64,000 nucleotides of DNA, taken from contig JBFOMH010000002.1 in the NCBI GenBank assembly GCA_040830765.1, positions 32,001 through 96,000 on the forward strand, read 5' to 3'. A program made the position numbers and the translations under genes. The stretch comes from Puniceicoccaceae bacterium (lineage in GTDB: Bacteria; Verrucomicrobiota; Verrucomicrobiia; Opitutales; Oceanipulchritudinaceae). Under the pieces are notes generated by a model. It saw nothing but the letters and a program-made list of their open reading frames with translations, did no database searches and had not been told where the DNA came from. Shown here one piece after another: positions 1-9,062 of the stretch; position 1 is the stretch's first letter; each line of letters opens with the position of its first letter.

Positions 1-127
1 GGACGGGATACTGGTTTATGAATTGCCGGGCGACCTCGAACTACCTGCCGGTAATTGGACCTGCCTCCGCCGTATCGGGAAATCCGGTACCAACGAACCG
101 AGTACAGCAATCTTGACCAGGGATTGA
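1..127 (+). CDS. 3' end of a CDS entering the window, possibly an RsmD-family methyltransferase C-terminus
   Basis: Frame from position 2 is open to TGA at 125-127 (DGILVYELPGDLELPAGNWTCLRRIGKSG...). Family call rests only on loose resemblance. Confidence 0.35.
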   Translation, partial: DGILVYELPGDLELPAGNWTCLRRIGKSGTNEPSTAILTRD

Positions 128-131
128 ATCG

Positions 132-851
132 TCAAATCAAGCCCAGCTGCGCCAAGACCAGGGTCAGGGCGACAGTTACCGCTGTCTCGACCCGCAGGAC
201 CCGTTCGCCAAGAGAAACCAATTCGAAACCGGCATTGCGAAAAGCCTCCCGATCATGCTTGTTCCAGCCCCGCTCTGGGCCGATGGCCAGGCACACTGGT
301 TGTCCGCTCAGGCATTCAGATGCACTGAGGGGTGTGGTCCCCTCATAGACATCGAGTGCCATGCCCTTTGACGATACCGGCAAGGCTGCCAGACCACTTG
401 TGATCGAATCGGCAACCTCGACCGCGGGCAAATAGGTATCGAACGCCTGTTCAACCCCCTCGAGTAAAATCTTCCGCCACTCACCGCTCTTCCAAAGACT
501 GGATTGGCCATAGGCCGGGTCGGAGCGCCCGCAGGAGGCAAAGGTGATCGACCGCACTCCCAGCGTCGGGACGGTGGCGAGGATCTTCCGCGCCGTCGCC
601 GGTCGGCACATGCCAACCAGAAGATGGATATCCGGAGGCAGTGGAGGTCGCTCTCCCCATTCCATCGAAAGCTGCATCCGCTCCGGACCCAGCTCCCTGA
701 TCGTGGCCTTCCCCACCGGCCCGTTGACGACACCCACATCAAATGAATCGCCGACCTTCATCCGCAGGACCCCCCGGACATGCTCCAACCGCGGATCGCT
801 GGCAGCCAGTTCACACCGGGCATCCTGACTTTCAAATAATATACGATTCAT
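132..851 (-). CDS. rsmE: 16S rRNA m3U1498 methyltransferase RsmE
   Basis: HVRGVLR N-terminal motif and SPOUT motifs AIGPERG and LGERVLRVETA. Confidence 0.93.
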   Translation of the reverse strand: MNRILFESQDARCELAASDPRLEHVRGVLRMKVGDSFDVGVVNGPVGKATIRELGPERMQLSMEWGERPPLPPDIHLLVGMCRPATARKILATVPTLGVRSITFASCGRSDPAYGQSSLWKSGEWRKILLEGVEQAFDTYLPAVEVADSITSGLAALPVSSKGMALDVYEGTTPLSASECLSGQPVCLAIGPERGWNKHDREAFRNAGFELVSLGERVLRVETAVTVALTLVLAQLGLI

Positions 852-883
852 TTTGCGTTGCTCGACTCCCCCACAATCCCAAA

Positions 884-949
884 TTAAATCTTAGCCTTAG
901 TCGTAATCCTAATCTTAATCCACCCCAATCTTAGACTTAATCTTAATCC
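884..949. repeat. Hexamer array, solo arm(s) of the AATCTT/AGCCTT family
   Basis: AAATCTTAGCCTTAGTCGTAATCCTAATCTTAATCC...CAATCTTAGACTTAATCTTAATCC, between divergent rsmE and the phosphatase gene. Confidence 0.85.
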
Positions 950-953
950 CCTC

Positions 954-1436
954 ATGGCCACCCAAACCTCCGTCCTCTTTGTCTGCATGGGCAATATCTG
1001 CCGTTCGCCCTCCGCCGAGGCTGTCTTCAAGGCACTGGTCGAGGAGCGCGGCCTGTCTGATACGATCGCTTGCGATTCAGCCGGGACCATCGGATTCCAT
1101 GCCGGCCAGCCAGCCGACCATCGCATGCGACAGACAGCCGAAAAGCGGGGCTACCGGCTTGAGAGCATCTCCCGCCAGGTCCGGCCGGACGACTTCGAGC
1201 GCTTCGACCATATCATCGCCATGGACCTTGAAAACCTGGACGGCTTGCGTCCGTTCAACCCCAATGGCACCGGCAAGGCCAAGGTCAGCCTGATGTGTGA
1301 TTACGCCCGCGAGCATGATCTCCGGGAAGTTCCGGATCCCTACTATGGCGGACAGCAGGGATTCGAACTGGTCCTCGACCTGCTCGAGGATGCCTGTGCC
1401 GGACTACTGGATGATTTGGCGAAAGAGCCCGCCTGA
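954..1436 (+). CDS. Low-molecular-weight protein-tyrosine phosphatase
   Basis: P-loop FVCMGNICRS, DSAGT and DPYY motifs. Confidence 0.95.
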   Translation: MATQTSVLFVCMGNICRSPSAEAVFKALVEERGLSDTIACDSAGTIGFHAGQPADHRMRQTAEKRGYRLESISRQVRPDDFERFDHIIAMDLENLDGLRPFNPNGTGKAKVSLMCDYAREHDLREVPDPYYGGQQGFELVLDLLEDACAGLLDDLAKEPA

Positions 1437-2927
1437 TCAGTCTTTCAAAATCCAGCTGGGATCGTGGATGACAAACTGGAACTGGCCCCGGTAGGTCTCC
1501 AGCGTGGCATAGGTCGTTATACCATCCCCAACGGAACGCTCATCCAGCTTGTTGCGCAACTCCCGCATGGGGGCATAGATCTGCATTTCCAGGTCACCAA
1601 TCCGAACCTTGGCCGGACGCTCGGAAACAAGGACTGTATCCAGCCGGAATAGCTCTCCCAGCAGCGTGGCGCGATCGCGCTCCCCGAGGTTGGCCAGCCC
1701 TTCGGCATCGGGCACGGCCCGGCGATCCCTTAACCGGAAGTCCATGCGCGGTCGGTCATCCGTAAAGGCCTCCCTGGTCGGATTTTCCAGTGACATCCAG
1801 CCGTCGGTATCCTCGTCAAGGACACGGAAGCGGGCCACCAGGGGCAAGTGGTCGGAAAAACCGACCCCGCCGCCAACATTGTTCCAGCGCATGGGCCGGC
1901 CCCAGCGGGCATCGACATTCTCGCCCGGAAGGGTCAGGCGATCAAAACTGTTATCAACATACTGGATGCCCCGGTTGTCATAGAGGCCGGGTGCAAGTAG
2001 GATTTGCATCAAGGTTCCCCAATAGCCACGGTAGACTTCCGAACCACGCTCCTCTTCGGGTAACTCAAACCACAAATTGTAGAGCCCGTCAGCGTCGGGG
2101 CCGGCCATCCGTTTTTCGTTTCCATGCGTTGGCAGGATGTCATTGACGCCGGTCTCCTCAAACCGGTCAGCAAAGACGGCCTTGTGGTTGTAGTAGCAAT
2201 TGAGATCCCCGGCGATGATGACATCGGCATCCGGATCATCGAGGAGAATGGACTCCAGCTCGGCCCGGACAACGAGCGCATTCTGCACGCGTATGGGCTC
2301 GGTATCCGCATTGGAGGCACCGGATTTCCAATGGTTGTTGAGGACGATGAAGGTCCGGCCATCGACATCGAGACCGACCACCTGCAGGTCCCGGGCATCG
2401 TGAAGGTCCCGCTGCCTGACAAACTTGATTGGAAAACGGCTGAAAACGACATTGTTGTGCGGGGTGTGGTCCGCCATTTGGAAGCTGTCCGGCTTGGCGA
2501 CATGGTAACCGGTCAAGCCATGGTCCTCCAGGTGCTTGAGCATCAACAATTCCACCGGAAGCGCTGCCACCCAGCGCTCTTCCAAAAGCAACTCTTCCAG
2601 CGATCGACCTTGGGTCATGGCCAGGAATGCCTCCGGCGTGGGGCTTCCCAGGGGAGTCAAATCCAGTTCAAATTCCTGAAAGAGGATGACTTCCGGTCCC
2701 TTGCCCTCATTAACCGCCTCCAGCGCTCGCCGGATATTGGCCATTTTGTTGACCATTTGCTCCGGTCCATAGTGCCCCTCAGGGGGTTGCCGGTAATCCT
2801 CAAAACGTGAAACCCCGTCGATATCAAAAAGGTTTTCCACGTTATAGACCATGACCGTAAATTCGCGGCCAAAGAGGTTTCCACACAGTGCCAGGGAGGC
2901 GATCAGGATAGGAACGAACCGATTCAT
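1437..2927 (-). CDS. Secreted endonuclease/exonuclease/phosphatase (EEP) family protein
   Basis: Signal-peptide-like MNRFVPILIASLAL; motifs YNVENLFD, QE, NHWKS, GDLN, SDHLP. Start moved to ATG 2927. Confidence 0.85.
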   Translation of the reverse strand: MNRFVPILIASLALCGNLFGREFTVMVYNVENLFDIDGVSRFEDYRQPPEGHYGPEQMVNKMANIRRALEAVNEGKGPEVILFQEFELDLTPLGSPTPEAFLAMTQGRSLEELLLEERWVAALPVELLMLKHLEDHGLTGYHVAKPDSFQMADHTPHNNVVFSRFPIKFVRQRDLHDARDLQVVGLDVDGRTFIVLNNHWKSGASNADTEPIRVQNALVVRAELESILLDDPDADVIIAGDLNCYYNHKAVFADRFEETGVNDILPTHGNEKRMAGPDADGLYNLWFELPEEERGSEVYRGYWGTLMQILLAPGLYDNRGIQYVDNSFDRLTLPGENVDARWGRPMRWNNVGGGVGFSDHLPLVARFRVLDEDTDGWMSLENPTREAFTDDRPRMDFRLRDRRAVPDAEGLANLGERDRATLLGELFRLDTVLVSERPAKVRIGDLEMQIYAPMRELRNKLDERSVGDGITTYATLETYRGQFQFVIHDPSWILKD

Positions 2928-2980
2928 ACCTTTTTTCCTTATCCTTTCAGGGAAATTCAGCAACACTTTAGGAACGATTC

Positions 2981-3856
2981 GTGAGTGCCTTAACCCAAGC
3001 CATTGAAACCTGCATCACCGAAATAACCGGCACAGCCTTCGCAGTGGCCGGACAACAGAACCTTGGCGGCGGATGCATCAATGAAGCTTCTTGCCTGACC
3101 GGAAAAGACGGTCGGTCCTTTTTCATCAAGCAGAATACCCAGCAGATGCTGCCGGCATTCGAGGCAGAGGCCCACGCCCTCGACGCCATGTTGAAGACCG
3201 AAACCATCCGTGTACCGGCGCCGGTTGGGACCTGTCATGCGGATGGACAGGCCGCCCTCGTCCTTGAATACCTGGCCATGGGCAACGGCCGCAGTGGTAA
3301 CTGGGAGACAATGGGGCGCCAGCTGGCCCGGATGCACCGCCACGTTGCCGAGAACCATGGCTGGCCGCACGACAATTGGATTGGTTCCAGCCCGCAAATC
3401 AACACGCCCGGACCGGACGGTGTCCGCTTCCTTGCGGAATGCCGCCTTGGACCGCAGGTGGAATGGGCACGAAAAAGGGGATTGGCGTTGCGGAATGCTG
3501 AAGCCCTGATGGAACGCCTGCCGGATCTGCATGGCGACTATGTCCCCCAGCCCTCTCTCCTCCACGGGGACCTGTGGGCCGGAAATGCGGGCTTCCTCGA
3601 TGATGGGACGCCGGTCATTTTTGACCCCGCGGCCTACTACGGTGACCGAGAGGCAGATATTGCCATGACCGAAATGTTCGGAGGTTACAGCCCCGCCTTT
3701 TATGATGGCTACAACGCTGAGTGGCCATTGGATTCGGGTTACCGTATCCGCAAACAGCTCCACCTGCTCTATCATACACTGAACCACTACAACTTGTTCG
3801 GTGGCGGATACGGATCCCAGGCCGAGGCTCTCATCGCCAGCCTCCTCCGGTCGTAA
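2981..3856 (+). CDS. Fructosamine/ketosamine kinase family protein
   Basis: GGGCIN, LLHGDLWAGN and FDPAAYYGDREADIAM motifs. Confidence 0.92.
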   Translation: MSALTQAIETCITEITGTAFAVAGQQNLGGGCINEASCLTGKDGRSFFIKQNTQQMLPAFEAEAHALDAMLKTETIRVPAPVGTCHADGQAALVLEYLAMGNGRSGNWETMGRQLARMHRHVAENHGWPHDNWIGSSPQINTPGPDGVRFLAECRLGPQVEWARKRGLALRNAEALMERLPDLHGDYVPQPSLLHGDLWAGNAGFLDDGTPVIFDPAAYYGDREADIAMTEMFGGYSPAFYDGYNAEWPLDSGYRIRKQLHLLYHTLNHYNLFGGGYGSQAEALIASLLRS

Positions 3857-3860
3857 ATTT

Positions 3861-3893
3861 AAAAGGGCGCCTCCCCTTGCGGAAAGGCGCCCT
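3861..3893. terminator. Intrinsic terminator, probably bidirectional
   Basis: AGGGCGCCT...AGGCGCCCT hairpin with an A-run on the left and T-rich sequence on the right, between convergent ORFs. Confidence 0.7.
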
Positions 3894-3915
3894 CGTTATT
3901 TTCTATTTAAGCCAC

Positions 3916-4056
3916 CTAGCGCAGCACGCCTGTCAGGGCGGATGACCCGAAGCGCGGATAGGCGCGGAAGGTATCCAGACGCTCCGAAAGCGGAGCGGAC
4001 CTGCGGCCACGACGGGGACGAATCCCCTTAGGTGTGATTTTAGTTGTGTTGCTCAT
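3916..4056 (-). CDS. Small basic hypothetical protein (46 aa)
   Basis: [47 protein letters not shown]-rich leader, upstream TTGACG and downstream terminator. Confidence 0.5.
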   Translation of the reverse strand: MSNTTKITPKGIRPRRGRRSAPLSERLDTFRAYPRFGSSALTGVLR

Positions 4057-4234
4057 GGTTTGTTCTTCGTTTGTGACGCCTCCTGACGGAGTCGCCGCGT
4101 TGAAAGGGATGAACAACTGTATGATAAAAGAACGAGGCGAAATATTCCCGAAATTTGTCGGGGCGTCAAGTTCGGGAATGTAATAAAACGGTGAACTTGA
4201 GCCGGGCCCGTCACGGGCGGGGGAAGGCTATTTC

Positions 4235-5320
4235 CTAGCGGACGGTCGACCAGAGGTCCGCCACGAGGTCTTCGGTTACGGTATCCACTGTAACGGCATT
4301 TCCGATACGTTCGAGGGCGATGTAACGCAACTGTCCGGCCCGGGCTTTCTTGTCCTTGCGGGCGGCAGCCAGTAGCTCCTCAACGGCCAACGGCTCGCTG
4401 AGCCGGACTGGCAGGCCGTACCTTTCGAGCAGGCGGATAGTCCGGTCAGCGACCTCTGCCTCGACCATCTCCAACTTCCCGGAAAGGCGGCAGGCCAGCA
4501 CGAGGCCGATGGCAATGGCCTCACCGTGGAGGTAAGTCCCGTAACCGGCAACCGCCTCAATGGCGTGACCAAAAGTGTGTCCTAAATTCAACAGGGCGCG
4601 TCCACCGGACTTCGATTGCTCCTTTTCATCTGCGCTGACAACCCCGGCCTTGATGGCACAGTTCCGCCGGATGATGGCTGGAAGGTTGTCGCTATCGGGC
4701 TGCAGGCGCTCCCCTTTTTCAAGGTCCGCAAACAAGGTCTCGTCCGCGAGCAATCCATGCTTGATGACTTCCGCCATGCCGGCGCTGAATTCCCGTGGCG
4801 GGAGCGTCTTCAGGGTATCGAGGTCGGCAAAAACGGTCAGGGGCTGGTGAAAGGCCCCGACGAGGTTCTTGCCGCAGGCAAGGTTGATCCCGGTCTTGCC
4901 CCCGACGGAGCTGTCGACCATGGCCAGCAGGGTTGTCGGGACCTGGTAAAAGCCAATACCCCGAAAAAAGGAGGCTGCGGCGAATCCACCGAGGTCCCCG
5001 ATAACCCCGCCACCGACGGCAAAGAGGCGACCTCCCCGATCCAGTCCGGAAGCGGCAAGAAAATCACAGCACTTTTCCAGATGTGAAAATGCTTTTGTCG
5101 ATTCCCCGGCCGGGAGGACAAGGCGCGGCAAGTCGCCGAAGGCAGCATCGAGGAAAGCGGCCTGTGCGGTGGCGACATGTTGGTCGGTGATGACCGCCAG
5201 CCGCCGGCCCTCCGCCTGATCGGCGGCAACCTGTGCGGCCAGCTCAGCTGCCATGTCGCGTCCAATCCGGATGGGATAGGAGCGCTGGCCGAGGGAAACA
5301 TCTATCGATTCCAGGATCAT
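4235..5320 (-). CDS. aroB: 3-dehydroquinate synthase
   Basis: GGGVIGDLGGF, PTTLLAMVDSSVGGKTGIN, LNLGHTFGHA and HGEAIAIG motifs. Confidence 0.97.
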   Translation of the reverse strand: MILESIDVSLGQRSYPIRIGRDMAAELAAQVAADQAEGRRLAVITDQHVATAQAAFLDAAFGDLPRLVLPAGESTKAFSHLEKCCDFLAASGLDRGGRLFAVGGGVIGDLGGFAAASFFRGIGFYQVPTTLLAMVDSSVGGKTGINLACGKNLVGAFHQPLTVFADLDTLKTLPPREFSAGMAEVIKHGLLADETLFADLEKGERLQPDSDNLPAIIRRNCAIKAGVVSADEKEQSKSGGRALLNLGHTFGHAIEAVAGYGTYLHGEAIAIGLVLACRLSGKLEMVEAEVADRTIRLLERYGLPVRLSEPLAVEELLAAARKDKKARAGQLRYIALERIGNAVTVDTVTEDLVADLWSTVR

Positions 5321-5322
5321 CT

Positions 5323-6252
5323 TCAGTCTTCCAGTCCAAATAGTGCGTGCGTGTAGTGATGTATCGAGAACGGTTGCAGGTCCTCGGGCGATTCACCCAG
5401 CCCAACAAAAAATATCGGTAATTTCAACTCCCGGTAGATCCCCACGAGGGCTCCTCCCCGGCTCGTTCCATCCAGTTTGGTGACGATGATCCCCGTCAGC
5501 CCGAACGCTTCATGGAAAACCCGGGCCTGCTCGATGGAGTTGCTGCCGAGGCTGCCGTCGACGACCAGCCAGGCATGATGCGGGGCAAGGTCGTCATGCT
5601 TCTGCAGGACCCGGCGGATCTTCTGCAGTTCCTGCATCAGATTGGCCTTGTTGTGGAGCCGGCCGGCCGTGTCGAGAAGGAGGATATCCGCCCCGCGGCT
5701 CTTGGCCGCGGCATAGGCATCAAAGGCCACCGCGGCGGCATCGGCCCCGTGCTGGCTGGCTACCAGGTCAATATCCAGCCGTTCACACCAGGTCTTGATC
5801 TGTTCATTGGCGGCGGCCCGGAAGGTATCGCAGGCCCCGACGATGGTATTCAGGCCGTCGTTCTTGAAGAGATGGGCCAGCTTGGCAGCTGTCGTGGTTT
5901 TGCCACTACCATTAACCCCGATGAGGGCAATGACTTCCGGCTTGTTGGCCCCTGGGGTGAACCGTCCTTCCGACCCCTGGAGGGCCTCGTCAAGGACATG
6001 GGAACCAATACGGGCCGCCTCTTCCCCCTGGAGGTCCTTGTTCTTGCGCCAGGCCTCACGGATGGCATCCAGCACCTCCTCGGTCGTCTCCACCCCGAAG
6101 TCCGCCGTGTAGAGCGCCTCCTCCAGCTCATCAAGGGTCCCGGCATCAATGGTTTTACCGGCGAAGAGGCCGCCCACCTTGCCAAAGGCCTTGTAGAAAG
6201 TCGGAGTGGACCGCTTCAGGCCCTCCTTGAACTTACTGAAGAAGGATCTCAT
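5323..6252 (-). CDS. ftsY: Signal recognition particle receptor FtsY
   Basis: GVNGSGKTTT, DTFRAAA, DTAGR and TKLDG GTPase motifs. Confidence 0.97.
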   Translation of the reverse strand: MRSFFSKFKEGLKRSTPTFYKAFGKVGGLFAGKTIDAGTLDELEEALYTADFGVETTEEVLDAIREAWRKNKDLQGEEAARIGSHVLDEALQGSEGRFTPGANKPEVIALIGVNGSGKTTTAAKLAHLFKNDGLNTIVGACDTFRAAANEQIKTWCERLDIDLVASQHGADAAAVAFDAYAAAKSRGADILLLDTAGRLHNKANLMQELQKIRRVLQKHDDLAPHHAWLVVDGSLGSNSIEQARVFHEAFGLTGIIVTKLDGTSRGGALVGIYRELKLPIFFVGLGESPEDLQPFSIHHYTHALFGLED

Positions 6253-6689
6253 TTGGATGCTTCGCGCAAGGGCCGGTCCAGCGTCAGCTTGAACTGATCC
6301 AGAATGCCATTGATGAAGCGTTTGGCATCCGGGATGGAAAACTCCTTGGAAAGATCAATGGCCTCGTTGATGGAAACAATCGGAGGAATGTCCGTCCGCT
6401 TGAGCATCTCGTAAATGGCCAGACGCAGAATCGCAAGATCGACCTTGGCGATTCGGTCAAAATCCCAATTGCGGAGGTACTTGCGGATGACCTCGTCAAT
6501 TTCCTCAAGATGATGGATTACCCCGTGAATCAAGTCGTCCGCAAAGGCGTAATAATCCCGCGGCTGTTCCATCTCCTCATAGAAAAGACGCAGGGCGCCG
6601 GGCAAATCATCGGTAGTGTTGATCGACCACTGGTACAGAAACTGGATAGCGGCCACACGGTTGTCTCTGCGTCTGCTCATTTGCGCCAA
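6249..6689 (-). CDS. nusB: Transcription antitermination factor NusB
   Basis: RR..R..A.Q.LYQ, DLAILRLA, INEAIDL and FINGILD motifs; lies downstream of ribH. Confidence 0.96.
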   Translation of the reverse strand: MAQMSRRRDNRVAAIQFLYQWSINTTDDLPGALRLFYEEMEQPRDYYAFADDLIHGVIHHLEEIDEVIRKYLRNWDFDRIAKVDLAILRLAIYEMLKRTDIPPIVSINEAIDLSKEFSIPDAKRFINGILDQFKLTLDRPLREASK

Positions 6690-7246
6690 TCCTCCGGTCC
6701 CTCCTCCGGTTCTGTCTCTTCATCCGGCCAGCCAAGCTCGTCGAGGGCCAGGTCCATGTCCTCGTCAAAGATTCGCTTTTCAAGGGATTCGTTCAGCTGG
6801 GCCATTTCCAAGGCGGCATGGGCAAACTCAGCCCCGCGATTCATTTCCCCGGTAATGCGGGCCTCGGCCTGTTCCTCGTTACGCACAGTGATGATCCCGT
6901 TAATGACCGGAATCTCAAAGTTGATCCCGATGGTCTGCAGGGCATGGGCCGTGGCATGGGCAATGACGGCATGGTGCTCAGTATCCCCCTCGACAATAAG
7001 GCCAAGCCCGATGATCACATCGAAGCTGCCGGTCTTGGAAGCCATGGCGGCGGCATGGGGAATCTCGTTGGAACCGGGCACCCGGAAGACTTCAATGTCA
7101 TCGGCCCGCACGCCACTGGAGCCAAGGGTGTCGAGCACCGATTCCAGCAAGGCATTGACCAATTGGAAATTGTAACGGGCGGCAATGATCGCCACCCGGC
7201 AGCCTTCACCATCGATGGCGAGACTCTCTGGTTTATCCGTACTCAT
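6677..7246 (-). CDS. ribH: 6,7-dimethyl-8-ribityllumazine synthase
   Basis: ARYN, VPGSNEIP, GDTEH and PVINGI motifs; start set at MSTDK (7246); acidic C-terminal tail. Confidence 0.95.
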   Translation of the reverse strand: MSTDKPESLAIDGEGCRVAIIAARYNFQLVNALLESVLDTLGSSGVRADDIEVFRVPGSNEIPHAAAMASKTGSFDVIIGLGLIVEGDTEHHAVIAHATAHALQTIGINFEIPVINGIITVRNEEQAEARITGEMNRGAEFAHAALEMAQLNESLEKRIFDEDMDLALDELGWPDEETEPEEGPEDWRK

Positions 7247-7338
7247 GGTTTTGGCCAAATTGAAGGGCCTGTTCCACAAGTCAAGGGAGCAGTGCAACCT
7301 TGCCATGGGTGCGTTCTCCCGGCATGACGGGGACGAGG

Positions 7339-8286
7339 ATGGAGAACAACCGCCAAGTACCCCGATTTCCTGAACGCTGGGACCCGGCATGGATTGGCCG
7401 GCGGCGGCAATTGGAAGTCAAGCGGCTGGGTTATTGCGGGGAATCGGACCCAACGCACAGGCCTTCCCTGCCTTGGCCTTACCGTCTCTTCAAAATCGGC
7501 CTGAAGTTAAGCGGGCTCTATCGGCGCGGCCACCGGAATTTCCAGCAAATCCGACTCACCCGCATCGAGCACTCAATCGGCGAATGGCCGCCTTACCTTG
7601 ACGGCTACCGGATCCTGCAAATCTCTGATCTGCATGCCGACCTGGACCCTTGCTTCCTCGATCCCCTGTGCCGAGTGCTGGCGGACATCGAGGCGGACAT
7701 AACCGTTTTAACCGGTGACTTCTGGGAAGGCTCCAACAGTGAGTTTTCAACTGCCCTGGCAGCCATGGAAAGGCTCCTGAACACGCTGCCCCTTTCCCGT
7801 CATGGCCGTTTCGGGGTTCTGGGAAACCATGACCCCGCAGCCCTTGGCGCCAGACTGGAAGAGATGGGCATCAGAATGCTGATCAACGAGTCGGTGACCA
7901 TTGAAGCCGATGGAGCCGCTTTCGCCCTGGCAGGTATTGATGATGCTTATTACTTCAGGCTCCATGATATCAATTCCGCTGCCTCCACTATTCCGGATGG
8001 CCTGCCCCGCATCCTCCTGAGTCACAGTCCACAGGTGGCAGCGGAGGCGGAGGCTGCCGGTTTTCAGCTAATGCTGAGCGGGCATACCCACGGCGGCCAG
8101 GTCTGCCTGCCCGGCGGCTATTCCCTCGTCCGTATGGAAGTGGTTCCCGGACCATTGTTCAAGGGCCGGTGGCGTCACGGCTCCCTCAAGGGCTACACGA
8201 CAACCGGGGCCGGCGCCTGCCATGTCCCGGTTCGCTTCAACTGCCCGGCCGAAGTTGTCCTGCACACCATGCGATCCCCTGCTTAG
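7339..8286 (+). CDS. Calcineurin-like metallophosphoesterase (YkuE/YaeI-like)
   Basis: ISDLH, TGDF, LGNHD, LSHSP and SGHTHGGQ motifs; start uncertain. Confidence 0.9.
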   Translation: MENNRQVPRFPERWDPAWIGRRRQLEVKRLGYCGESDPTHRPSLPWPYRLFKIGLKLSGLYRRGHRNFQQIRLTRIEHSIGEWPPYLDGYRILQISDLHADLDPCFLDPLCRVLADIEADITVLTGDFWEGSNSEFSTALAAMERLLNTLPLSRHGRFGVLGNHDPAALGARLEEMGIRMLINESVTIEADGAAFALAGIDDAYYFRLHDINSAASTIPDGLPRILLSHSPQVAAEAEAAGFQLMLSGHTHGGQVCLPGGYSLVRMEVVPGPLFKGRWRHGSLKGYTTTGAGACHVPVRFNCPAEVVLHTMRSPA

Positions 8287-9062
8287 CGATGAAAGCGGGT
8301 CAGGTGCGCGCTGAGAAGGATCAGGCTCAGCAGTAAGCCGGGCAGGATGACCAGTGTCGGGGCCTGGTAAAGGAAGGCCTGGTTCTGTTTCAAGATGGAG
8401 CCGAGCTCGGCAAAGTCCGGATCGCCGATAAGGCCAAGGAAGGCGAGGCCGCTCAGCTCAAGCGCACTGATGGCAAAGAGCAGCCGGCAGAGGGCGAAAA
8501 GATCCGGCCGGAGGTTGGGCCAGATGGCCCAGCGGAACAGCTGCCACCCCTGTGATCCAAGAACCTCGCTGGAGCGGACATACAAGGCGCCCCGCACATT
8601 CATCCAGTAGACCCGCAATTGGCGGAAGGCAAAGGCCATGTTGCCCAGCCCGACCGCCAGGACCAGCGCGCCCGGGGATGGTTTGAGAAAGACCAGCAGG
8701 AGCAAGCCAATGAAAATGACCGGGAAGGCCACCCAAAGTCCGATTCCCATACGCACCAGCCTCCCCAGCCATCCGGGCCCGCCCTGCTCCACCACCACCA
8801 GGGCGGAGGCCAGAAGGAGGGAAATACCGAGGGCCGCAGCGGCAAGGCTGACCGTATTGGCCCCGCCCCGCCAGAGCCGGCTGGCAAAGTCCCGGCCAAG
8901 GCCGTCGATACCGAGCCAATGGCTCAGGGACGGGCCCTCAAGGGCGGCTCCCCGGAAGGCCTGCGACATCGGATCGTGCGGTGTCACGAAGAGCCCGGTC
9001 AGGACCAGCAGAAAAAGAAACAGAGCCCAGGCATCCCCGATGCGGATCTTCAGGTCAGGCAT
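8283..9062 (-). CDS. Peptide ABC transporter permease (DppC/OppC-like)
   Basis: HWLGIDGLGRD motif, hydrophobic helices, LAFLGL. Confidence 0.88.
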   Translation of the reverse strand: MPDLKIRIGDAWALFLFLLVLTGLFVTPHDPMSQAFRGAALEGPSLSHWLGIDGLGRDFASRLWRGGANTVSLAAAALGISLLLASALVVVEQGGPGWLGRLVRMGIGLWVAFPVIFIGLLLLVFLKPSPGALVLAVGLGNMAFAFRQLRVYWMNVRGALYVRSSEVLGSQGWQLFRWAIWPNLRPDLFALCRLLFAISALELSGLAFLGLIGDPDFAELGSILKQNQAFLYQAPTLVILPGLLLSLILLSAHLTRFHR

